Below, in pieces: positions 19,499 to 26,672 of a stretch of DNA of 33,549 bases. Origin of the DNA: an uncultured delta proteobacterium (lineage in GTDB: Bacteria > Desulfobacterota > Syntrophorhabdia > Syntrophorhabdales > Syntrophorhabdaceae); assembly GCA_903872255.1 (NCBI GenBank), contig CAIQJW010000218.1:1-33549 (forward strand), given 5' to 3'. The notes beneath the pieces are model-generated. The model did no database searches. It worked only from the letters and a program-made list of their open reading frames with translations, and was not told the origin of the DNA. Every line of letters begins with the position of its first letter. The stretch's first letter is position 1. The translations under genes were made by a program, and so were the position numbers.

Positions 19499-20278
19499 AG
19501 GGCACACCCCGTAATACGGGGTTACACAATAGAAGAATTCCTCGGATCGGGGAGTTTCGGGGCTGTTGCCCGGGTAACAAGGCATGGCCTTGATTATGCC
19601 CTGAAGGCATTTCTGCCCGGTAAAACTGACGGTGGATTTCATCTCGAGGCCGATATTTTATCCCGACTCGACCATCCGGGGATCCCCGGCCTTGTCGAGA
19701 CATTTTCCCACGATGAAATAGATTACATGGTGCAGGAATTTGTGGATGGTTATCCATTGAGCTACTATATCGTCAACGGCAAAAGATTCGGTGACGAAGA
19801 GATCATGGAGGTCCTGTCCAGGTTACTTGAGATCCTGTCGTACCTTCATGAGCCGGACGATAAAGGATGCCCGGTCATACACAGGGACCTGCGCCTGTCG
19901 AATGTCTTTTGGTCTGAGAATAAAGCACATATAATTGATTTTGGCATGGCCCGATATCTTAGGGAAAAGGTCGCCCTATCAGAAAGATCATCCGACGGGA
20001 CGGTCCTGAATATTGACCGTCACCGCCCCGGCAAAGAAACATACTCCTTGCTTCGAGACCAGGTGTCCCCCTCGAGTGATCTTTTCGGGGCCGGCGTCGT
20101 GGCGCTTGATCTGTTTACAAACTGGATAACCGATGATAAACAATTAAAACAACCGTGGCAGGATATCTTTCCGGGCAGCAGTCAGCTCAGATCATTCATC
20201 GAACAATTATTGCTTCCCGAAGTCCAATTCCCGTCTGCCCGGGATGCGCTGGATAGTCTTGAGAAAATAAGGGAATAA
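19499..20278 (+). CDS. Hanks-type Ser/Thr protein kinase-like domain; its N-lobe lies upstream of the first canonical start codon (ATG 19727)
   Basis: The same frame as 19157-19498 translates to LGSGSFGAV (Gly loop), YALKAF (catalytic Lys), hinge MVQEFVDG, HRDLRLSN (catalytic loop), IIDFGMA (DFG) and SDLFGAGVV. There is no in-frame ATG, GTG or TTG between TGA 19496 and ATG 19727. Confidence 0.7.
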   Translation, partial: RAHPVIRGYTIEEFLGSGSFGAVARVTRHGLDYALKAFLPGKTDGGFHLEADILSRLDHPGIPGLVETFSHDEIDYMVQEFVDGYPLSYYIVNGKRFGDEEIMEVLSRLLEILSYLHEPDDKGCPVIHRDLRLSNVFWSENKAHIIDFGMARYLREKVALSERSSDGTVLNIDRHRPGKETYSLLRDQVSPSSDLFGAGVVALDLFTNWITDDKQLKQPWQDIFPGSSQLRSFIEQLLLPEVQFPSARDALDSLEKIRE

Positions 20279-20321
20279 CGAATTGTTAAATAACAACGCC
20301 TATAAGGAGCCTTGACTGAAT

Positions 20322-20459
20322 GTGCTTCGCAGTATGATCATGATCATCGGAATTGTCGTGATGTCCGGCGCAGGCATACTATCGTGTGACAGGGTTGACC
20401 AGTACAAGGTCAAGGAACTACCGGGCCGCAAGCCCATCTCTACGACAATGTGTTACTAG
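20322..20459 (+). CDS. Possible 45-aa small lipoprotein (hypothetical)
   Basis: GTG start 12 nt after AAGGAG (20304-20309). Translation MLRSMIMIIGIVVMSGAGILSCDRVDQYKVKELPGRKPISTTMCY has a signal-like helix and a lipobox-like ILSC. Too short for the ORF track. Confidence 0.3.
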   Translation: MLRSMIMIIGIVVMSGAGILSCDRVDQYKVKELPGRKPISTTMCY

Positions 20460-20543
20460 CACCATCAACCCTGGAAACCTCAGGTCGAGCGTAAAGGTTT
20501 TAGATAGTCGTCACAATTCCGTCACAATCGAAAGCGGTAGGGT

Positions 20544-20573
20544 TTGACAGTTGAACGAAAACCCTTGTAAAAT
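20544..20573 (+). promoter_or_regulatory. Sigma70-type promoter of tRNA-Leu
   Basis: TTGACA (20544-20549), an 18-nt spacer and TAAAAT (20568-20573). The tRNA 5' end lies 8 nt downstream. Confidence 0.7.
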
Positions 20574-20580
20574 AAGCCAT

Positions 20581-20662
20581 GCGAGAGTGGCGGAACTGGC
20601 AGACGCACTGGACTTAGGATCCAGCGGGTTAAACCATAGGGGTTCAAGTCCCCTCTCTCGCA
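20581..20662 (+). tRNA. tRNA-Leu, anticodon UAG (type II tRNA with long variable arm)
   Basis: Acceptor stem GCGAGAG/CTCTCGC plus discriminator A, D region GTGGCGGAACTGGCAGACGC, anticodon arm CTGGA-CTTAGGA-TCCAG (TAG at 20615-20617), variable arm, and T arm AGGGG-TTCAAGT-CCCCT. CCA is not encoded. Confidence 0.92.
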
Positions 20663-21051
20663 TTTTCAATAATTTCCAGTTGTTTCATGATTTAACTCCA
20701 ATAAAGTCCGACGTGTTGCGTTATCAATGTGATAAATTTGTGCTAATGGCAAAGTTGACCTGTTAGTTCTTAGTATGTTAGACCGGTGCGCTAATCCCAC
20801 ATCGAAGGCTTTCCATCGACATTTCTTGTTGCTGATGCCAACCTTGCTTCAGTTGCTGGGTAGGGTAGAAACTGCGAGCTTCCTGTAACAAATGACAACC
20901 AATGTTAGTTAAGGATACAAGATTTCAACCGGCAATCTCCAATATGGATATGCAGAAAATATTATTCGCCCGAAATACGTGTTTGCCTTGAAAAAAAGCA
21001 AAATGATGTATAATTATTTATAGACTCCGCAAAAGGAGGCGTAGGGTAGGC

Positions 21052-22860
21052 TTGGAAAAGAACCGTAAAGAAATGGAAGCAACTAAAGTATCCGAAGCCG
21101 CAGCCCTCGAATACGCCGAAAGCATCATCAACGCCGTGCATGAGCCGTTGGTCGTTCTGGACCAGGATCTAAGGGTGATCACCGCCGGCCGCTCCTTCTA
21201 TGAATTCTTCAAGGTAAGACCCGAAGAGACCGTAGGACAGCATATATATGACCTGGGCAATAAACAGTGGGATATCCCCGGACTGCGGGAACTGCTGGAA
21301 AACATCCTCCCCCAAAAGACAACCTTTGATAACTATGAGGTTGAACACGATTTTGTCACCATAGGCAGGCGTACAATGCTTCTGAATGCCCGGCAGATCC
21401 AAAGGGCGTTGGGCAAGGAACGGATCATCCTCCTTGCCATCGAGGATATCACGGAACGTAAGCGACTGGGAGACGCACTGGCAGAGTCCGAAGAGCGCTT
21501 CAGGAGAATTTTTGAGACCGCAAGCGACGGGATAGTGCTTCTCGAAAAAAGCGAAGGGAAGATAAAACATGCTAATGCGGCCATTTCGAAGATGTTTGGC
21601 TATACCAATGAAGAGAGCATCGGGAATAAGCTTCAGGACATCGGTATTCCACTCGATATGGGTGATTTCCAAACGACAATGCAAGAATTGAACGAGGTGG
21701 GCATTATTAATTACGATAATGTTCCGGTAAAAACCAAGTCCGGGGAGCATATCTATACGGATATATATCTCGTCGACAGGGCAACGTTGGTACAATGTAA
21801 CATCCGTGAAATCACCGAGCGCAGGCAGGCCTTAGCGGAACTGTACGAGTCGAAGGCATTGATCGAAGCAGTCGTGGAAAATGTCCCGCTCATGATCTTT
21901 CTCAAAGAGGCAACAGACCTGCGTTTTATAATACTCAATCGCGCCGGAGAGGAACTCCTTGGATATGACCGCAAAGATCTGATCGGGAAGAACAACCTGG
22001 ATCTGTTTCCTCCCGAACAGGCAGCCCAATTCATGGCAAAGGACCGGGAAGTGCTCGATGGAGAGATTGACATGCTGGACATTCCGGAAGAATCTATCCT
22101 GACGGCAAGGAAAGGCCAGCGGCTTCTCCATACCCGTAAGGTCTGCATCAAGGGTCCCGATGGGGTCACAAAATTCCTGCTGGGCATCTCTGAGGACATC
22201 ACCGAACGCAAACTCGCCGAGGAACAGATCAAGGCCTCCCTCCGGGAAAAGGAGGTCCTCATTAAGGAGATCCACCACCGGGTAAAGAACAACCTGAACG
22301 TCGTTGTAAGCCTCCTCAGGATACAATCAAACAAGATAGAAAACAAAGAGCAGGCCCGGGCCGCATTCAGTGAAAGCTGCGACCGGATTTACTCCATGGC
22401 CCTTGTCCATCAGAAGCTTTATGAAAAAGCAGACCTGACCTATATCGACATGGAGGGCTATATAGACGATATATCTCCCAAGCTGAAAGGCATCTACGCC
22501 CCTGACAGAGATATTACAATAGAGTCCAATGCGAAGGATGTCTCGTTAGATATAACCCTGGCAGTACCTGTGGGACTCATTCTCAATGAACTGATCACCA
22601 ATTCCCTGAAGCATGCCTTTCCCGATAACCGCGAAGGTTCAATAACCCTGTCTCTCTCTTTGAAAGATACCTCGTATCGCCTCTTAGTCGCTGATAACGG
22701 AATAGGACTGCCGGAAGATATCAGTGTAGATACATCGGAAACCTTCGGTATGGAAATCGTCTACCTCCTTACCGGGCAGATTGACGGCACCCTGGATATT
22801 CAACGGGACGAAGGCACACGATTTACAATCACCTTCCCCCGTGAGGATACCGAAGAATGA
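21052..22860 (+). CDS. Cytoplasmic multi-PAS sensor histidine kinase, HisKA_2/HWE-type
   Basis: About three PAS modules, then H-box EIHHRVKNNLNVVVSLLRIQ (HisKA_2 type) and the ATPase domain (LNELITNSLKHAF; ADNGIGLP). No TM segments. Start uncertain: TTG 21052 lies 12 nt after AAGGAGG, and ATG 21073 is the alternative. A perfect TATAAT sits at 21009-21014. Confidence 0.8.
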   Translation: MEKNRKEMEATKVSEAAALEYAESIINAVHEPLVVLDQDLRVITAGRSFYEFFKVRPEETVGQHIYDLGNKQWDIPGLRELLENILPQKTTFDNYEVEHDFVTIGRRTMLLNARQIQRALGKERIILLAIEDITERKRLGDALAESEERFRRIFETASDGIVLLEKSEGKIKHANAAISKMFGYTNEESIGNKLQDIGIPLDMGDFQTTMQELNEVGIINYDNVPVKTKSGEHIYTDIYLVDRATLVQCNIREITERRQALAELYESKALIEAVVENVPLMIFLKEATDLRFIILNRAGEELLGYDRKDLIGKNNLDLFPPEQAAQFMAKDREVLDGEIDMLDIPEESILTARKGQRLLHTRKVCIKGPDGVTKFLLGISEDITERKLAEEQIKASLREKEVLIKEIHHRVKNNLNVVVSLLRIQSNKIENKEQARAAFSESCDRIYSMALVHQKLYEKADLTYIDMEGYIDDISPKLKGIYAPDRDITIESNAKDVSLDITLAVPVGLILNELITNSLKHAFPDNREGSITLSLSLKDTSYRLLVADNGIGLPEDISVDTSETFGMEIVYLLTGQIDGTLDIQRDEGTRFTITFPREDTEE

Positions 22861-23231
22861 AACCGAGAATACTTATCGTTGAAGATGAAGCAATCGTTGG
22901 AAAATGCCTTAAAATGGATCTCCTTGCACGCGGCTACGAAGTATTGCCAATTGCGACAACAGCTGATAAGGCAGTGGAACTGACAGAAAAACATGAACCG
23001 GACATCATACTCATGGATATCGTGCTGAAAGGAAAGAGGACAGGCATCGACGCCGCCAGGGAGATTGGAGAGACTCAATCAATACCTATTTTCTTCCTCA
23101 CCGGGAACACTCACCTGTTAGACGACATTCAGTGGGTGCAGAAAGCCATGTGTCGGATTATCTCCAAACCGGTTGTAATAGAGCAGTTACACCAGTTCAT
23201 TGAAGAGACGCTGGGTATGTGGTATCAATAA
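22857..23231 (+). CDS. Single-domain CheY-like response regulator receiver
   Basis: ILIVEDEAIV...PDIILMDIVL...FLTG...SKP receiver pattern. 124 aa with no output domain. ATGA overlap with the kinase stop. Confidence 0.85.
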   Translation: MKPRILIVEDEAIVGKCLKMDLLARGYEVLPIATTADKAVELTEKHEPDIILMDIVLKGKRTGIDAAREIGETQSIPIFFLTGNTHLLDDIQWVQKAMCRIISKPVVIEQLHQFIEETLGMWYQ

Positions 23232-23890
23232 TATCCCTCAAAAATAAATTGCATGACAACAATCCCGGACAGAGGGTTAGCTTTTGTACCGATGTTGCCG
23301 TTCATAGAATCAACATTACTTCCCGTTATTCACGATCAAGGTAAAAAAAGCCCTATGCAACCTTTGCAGGTGCGCCAAATCCGGCAAATTATGCCCATTT
23401 TATACCCGTCATAATGAACATAATCGCCCCCCCTCTATTGATCGATTGCTCAATCCGACCGTGCCAGGTGGAGAGGATTATGGAACGTAATGATCCAGGA
23501 ATACCTCATCTGTGCTGTGCAGAATATCATGACACTGATAGGCTCATCGAAGAGACGGATGGAAGGAGCGGTCGGGCGTCCTTGCATAGCAGTGGAAAAA
23601 GCAACACAATCCCGCATGTTCCCGACGATCTGCATCTTTACGAGAATGACAATGACCGTTACTGCGCAATCAACGACTTAATCGTTCACGCCCGGCCATG
23701 GAACATGAACTGAGCGGTCACGCAACGGCTTTGGGCAACAGGCCGTAAAGATTTGACCCCAGGCCCCTCCACTCAAAAATCTAAACCCGTCCGCGCGCGG
23801 GGCAACAATGCCCGGAAATAAGATTTCGCGCCTTAAGGAGGGCTCGCTTTAAACGCGGGACGCCAGGCAGGGACCGGCTTGGGGATGCCT

Positions 23891-24634
23891 TTATCCGTTC
23901 TGTTTATCGGCTGCTTCCGACGCCTTCTTGAGGGCGTCCAGGAAGGCCCCGTAGTACTTTTCCGCCCTGTCGCCGGGCAACGCCTCGTCTTGGTCACGCA
24001 GGGCGTATATGTCTTTCAGTGCATCTCCATCGAGCGTGAACTCGCGGGCCGAGGCTTCGATGATTTGCTGCGGCCCTTTTGCGTCGCTGCCGTTGACGGC
24101 GAGAAGGAAGCCCAGCGTTTCGACGAAACGCTTTATCTGCTGCGACATCATGACGGTTAGCCGCTGCCCCCCGTTCAGGATGTAGTGCCTGCGAACCTTG
24201 AGAAGCATATTGCTCAGGCGCTGCCTGATGCGGACCATGACGTTCCGGCTGTCTATTGCAAAGCCTGCGAGCGGGTCCTCACCATAGAGCACCCGGTAGC
24301 CGTCCCTGATCGCCATGAATTTCAGCGGGAATATGTCGACGCCGGCAGCGATATCGCCCGGGGTCAGAAAAAGCGGTGCGATACCCGACCGTCTTCCCTT
24401 AAACACGGGGTCGAGAAGCGAGTGCAGCGATGCGATGTCGGCATTCCCGAGGACAACGAGAAGGTTGACGTCGCTCTTCCCGGGACGGTAGTCGTCACGC
24501 GTGGCGCTCCCATACAGGACGAGCGCCTCAAGGGATACCCCGGGGAGCTGCCGAATATCTTCAAGGAATAATGCGACCGCGCTTTTCTCTTCAGTTCCCA
24601 ATCGTGTTCCCGACAAATCCGGTTCTTTATTCAT
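23891..24634 (-). CDS. Pol-beta superfamily nucleotidyltransferase domain protein with a C-terminal helical domain
   Basis: LVLYGSATRDDYRPGKSDVNLLVVL fits hG[GS]x9-13Dh[DE]h, except that the second acidic residue is Asn. About 130 aa of helical C-terminus gives a KNTase/AadA-like overall layout. Starts 11 nt after the rSAM stop. Confidence 0.65.
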   Translation of the reverse strand: MNKEPDLSGTRLGTEEKSAVALFLEDIRQLPGVSLEALVLYGSATRDDYRPGKSDVNLLVVLGNADIASLHSLLDPVFKGRRSGIAPLFLTPGDIAAGVDIFPLKFMAIRDGYRVLYGEDPLAGFAIDSRNVMVRIRQRLSNMLLKVRRHYILNGGQRLTVMMSQQIKRFVETLGFLLAVNGSDAKGPQQIIEASAREFTLDGDALKDIYALRDQDEALPGDRAEKYYGAFLDALKKASEAADKQNG

Positions 24635-24645
24635 CTCTTAACCTC

Positions 24646-25773
24646 TCACGTAAATGTCTCCATAGTGTTCCCGGGACCGGGGTGGTTCGGGGCATACACC
24701 GTGGCCGCTGTTTCAACCCAGCAGCCGGGGTCTTTCCTGAAAGGGTCCCCGGTCAACGCATAGGAAAGGCACCTCAAGCCCCCGCCGCACAGCCGTTCGT
24801 AGAAGCAGCAGCCGCAGCCGTCAGCAGCCCTTTTCCTGTCCCGCAAGGCAATGAAAAGGGGGTTCTCCAGGTAGATCTCCTTAAGCGGCCGGTCAAGGAC
24901 GTTTCCCGCCGGGATGGGCATGCGCCTGCAGGGTACGACGTCTCCATTGGCCATGACGGTGATCAGCGTGCCGCCCGCGGCGCACCGGTAGGGCTCACCC
25001 CCGACCGCGAGGAACTGCAGGGCGCGGTCCATCGCGATCTCGGTGCGGCTAAGGGGGTTCCTCCCGGCCCTGCCCCTAACCTTCAGGACGGCAGAAAAAA
25101 GGTCGCGGACCTCAGCGGGAGATAAGACCTCATCCTTATGCGACCCACTACCGCCGCAGGGGATGAAACGGTCCGTCCAGACCTTGGATACACCCAGCTT
25201 CATTCCCAGTTTTGCAACATCGCTGAAGCACCGGTAGTTCCGGCGCGATGCCGTGAAAGATATCAGCGTCCTGATCCCGTTCTCGCCAAGATACCGGATC
25301 GCGCGGGAGATCCTCCTGTGGTCGCCCGGACCCCGTATGCTGTCGTGCATCGCCTCGTCACCGTCTATGCTCACCTGGATGAACCCGGGCCCAAGGGATT
25401 TGAGGCGCCTGGCGCTTTTCGCATCGATAAAGCTGCCGTTTGTCAGGATGGCAAAGCTGAAGGCCCCCCTGCGTGCATGGAATTCTTCGAGAAGGTCCCA
25501 GATGTCCTCCCGTATAAAAGGCTCCCCGCCCGTGAGATTAATGTGCCCGGGCTGCCCGTTGCCGATTGCCGCCAGGTCACAGAACCGGTCCGCTACCCGG
25601 ATAAGCTCATCCCGGGTAAGTTCATCCGTCCTGCCGAGTTCCTGGTAACAGTGAATGCACCTGTTATTGCACCGTTCCGTTATGTGCCACTGGAGGAGCA
25701 TTCTTTTGCGCAAGGATGGGCCTTTAGCCCGCTCTACCGTCAACCGGTCGTGATAGGCCTTTACCCGCCACAT
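24646..25773 (-). CDS. Radical SAM enzyme with a C-terminal SPASM-type auxiliary cluster domain
   Basis: CNNRCIHCY (CxxxCxxC), LTGGEPF, ILTNG, and a C-terminal YRCAAGG...GDVVPC...CGCCFYERLCGGGLRC. Start uncertain: ATG 25773, GTG 25782, ATG 25791 and ATG 25833 are all possible, and all overlap the 3' end of the upstream gene. ATG 25701 is the only non-overlapping option and lacks an RBS. Confidence 0.85.
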   Translation of the reverse strand: MWRVKAYHDRLTVERAKGPSLRKRMLLQWHITERCNNRCIHCYQELGRTDELTRDELIRVADRFCDLAAIGNGQPGHINLTGGEPFIREDIWDLLEEFHARRGAFSFAILTNGSFIDAKSARRLKSLGPGFIQVSIDGDEAMHDSIRGPGDHRRISRAIRYLGENGIRTLISFTASRRNYRCFSDVAKLGMKLGVSKVWTDRFIPCGGSGSHKDEVLSPAEVRDLFSAVLKVRGRAGRNPLSRTEIAMDRALQFLAVGGEPYRCAAGGTLITVMANGDVVPCRRMPIPAGNVLDRPLKEIYLENPLFIALRDRKRAADGCGCCFYERLCGGGLRCLSYALTGDPFRKDPGCWVETAATVYAPNHPGPGNTMETFT

Positions 25774-26669
25774 CCGCCGCACCCCCCGCATCCTCCGCCG
25801 TCTCCACCGCCTCCGCCGTCCGATGAACTGCATCCCCCGCAGGAACTCCCCGGGGACGACTTCCTGAAGGCGGACTGGAATTCCTCATATAAGGGAGAGC
25901 CCGCCAGGGCCGCCGCACCGAATATCGCGACCGCATAGGCCGGGTCTATCCCCTCCGGCGCGTTCCTCGTGCGCAGCCAGTCGAAATGTTTTTCAAGCTC
26001 TCCGAGATATTGCCTGCCCAGCCCGCTGGCCTTGCTCCATGGCTTGAGGATCAAGGGGACGAGGACGAAAGAGCAAACCATCAGCACGAAGAGAAAAAAG
26101 ACCGGTTTTCCCAGCGAGACGCCGAGCATGAATTTCGAGAAACCGGCCACGACGAGAATGGCCATGAGGACCCAGAAGATCGCCCAGCAACGCCTCTCCT
26201 CCGATGCATTCTTGATGAGCCGGTGTTGCGCCAACTCCTGGTAATTGAAGATGGCCAGGCTTTCCACGTCCCTGCGTATCGCCTGCGACGTGAAAAGGTC
26301 CTTTGTCTTCGTTTTCCTTGCCACATGATCGTAGACCGAACGGGTGACCGGTTTTAACGTCCGAAGTTTGACCGTCCGTTCCGCGTCGCTTAAGTCTGTC
26401 CTGTTGATGGAAGCCTTATCCTTCGTGCCTTCGATCTCTGCAAGCCCTTTGTTCAGGAGGTCGAACACTGCCGTCTTGACGGCCTCCTTCCAATCCCCTT
26501 TCAGGAACGATATCGTCAGGGGGTCAAACCTCGTCAGGTTAGGCAGGGGCAAACCCCTCGTGCTGTCGGCACCCATCATCAACCTGCCGGCAAGCACGCA
26601 GGCCACCCCCAGGCAGACGTAAAGGAATAGAAAGGCTGGTCCCGGTATGGATTGTAAGAATTCAATCAT
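25761..26669 (-). CDS. TIGR04222-like three-TM membrane protein with a Cys/Gly low-complexity C-terminal tail
   Basis: N-terminal TM, then LTRFDPLTISFLKGDWKEAVKTAVFDLLNKGLAEI, which resembles the TIGR04222 N-terminal domain as I remember it. Two central TM helices. The last 28 aa are SSCGGCSSSDGGGGGDGGGCGGCGGCGG. Starts 3 nt after the channel gene stop. Confidence 0.6.
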   Translation of the reverse strand: MIEFLQSIPGPAFLFLYVCLGVACVLAGRLMMGADSTRGLPLPNLTRFDPLTISFLKGDWKEAVKTAVFDLLNKGLAEIEGTKDKASINRTDLSDAERTVKLRTLKPVTRSVYDHVARKTKTKDLFTSQAIRRDVESLAIFNYQELAQHRLIKNASEERRCWAIFWVLMAILVVAGFSKFMLGVSLGKPVFFLFVLMVCSFVLVPLILKPWSKASGLGRQYLGELEKHFDWLRTRNAPEGIDPAYAVAIFGAAALAGSPLYEEFQSAFRKSSPGSSCGGCSSSDGGGGGDGGGCGGCGGCGG

Positions 26670-26672
26670 TGC

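Noticed and set aside
19506-19522. Hairpin after TGA 19496 considered as a rho-independent terminator or a bona fide SECIS
   Set aside because: No U-tract follows it, so it is not an intrinsic terminator. As a SECIS it is short (6 bp, loop UAAUA), lacks the features of the E. coli fdhF element, and a selenocysteine in a linker has no obvious function. It is kept only as a caveat inside the TGA finding.
20551-20766. 71-aa plus-strand ORF
   Set aside because: It overlaps the tRNA-Leu gene completely, so it is an artefact of the structured RNA sequence.
20663-21051. Integrase or phage remnant next to the tRNA
   Set aside because: No ORF of meaningful length lies in either strand, and I recognised no integrase motifs. 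The island hypothesis is therefore only weakly supported.
21169-22346. Minus-strand ORFs of 164-208 aa inside the PAS kinase gene
   Set aside because: They are antisense to a gene with clear PAS, H-box and ATPase motifs, and they have no motifs or RBSs of their own.
23480-23713. 77-aa ORF considered as a precursor peptide for the radical SAM enzyme
   Set aside because: It is on the opposite strand and separated from the rSAM by the nucleotidyltransferase gene. It has only three scattered Cys and no leader/core organisation. The Cys/Gly tail of the upstream membrane protein is a better candidate.
25138-25938. 266-aa plus-strand ORF with a PPHPPHPPHPPPSPPPPP stretch
   Set aside because: It is antisense to the radical SAM gene and the Gly/Cys tail. 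The proline run is just the reverse complement of the GGC/GGA repeat, a shadow ORF in a GC-rich region.
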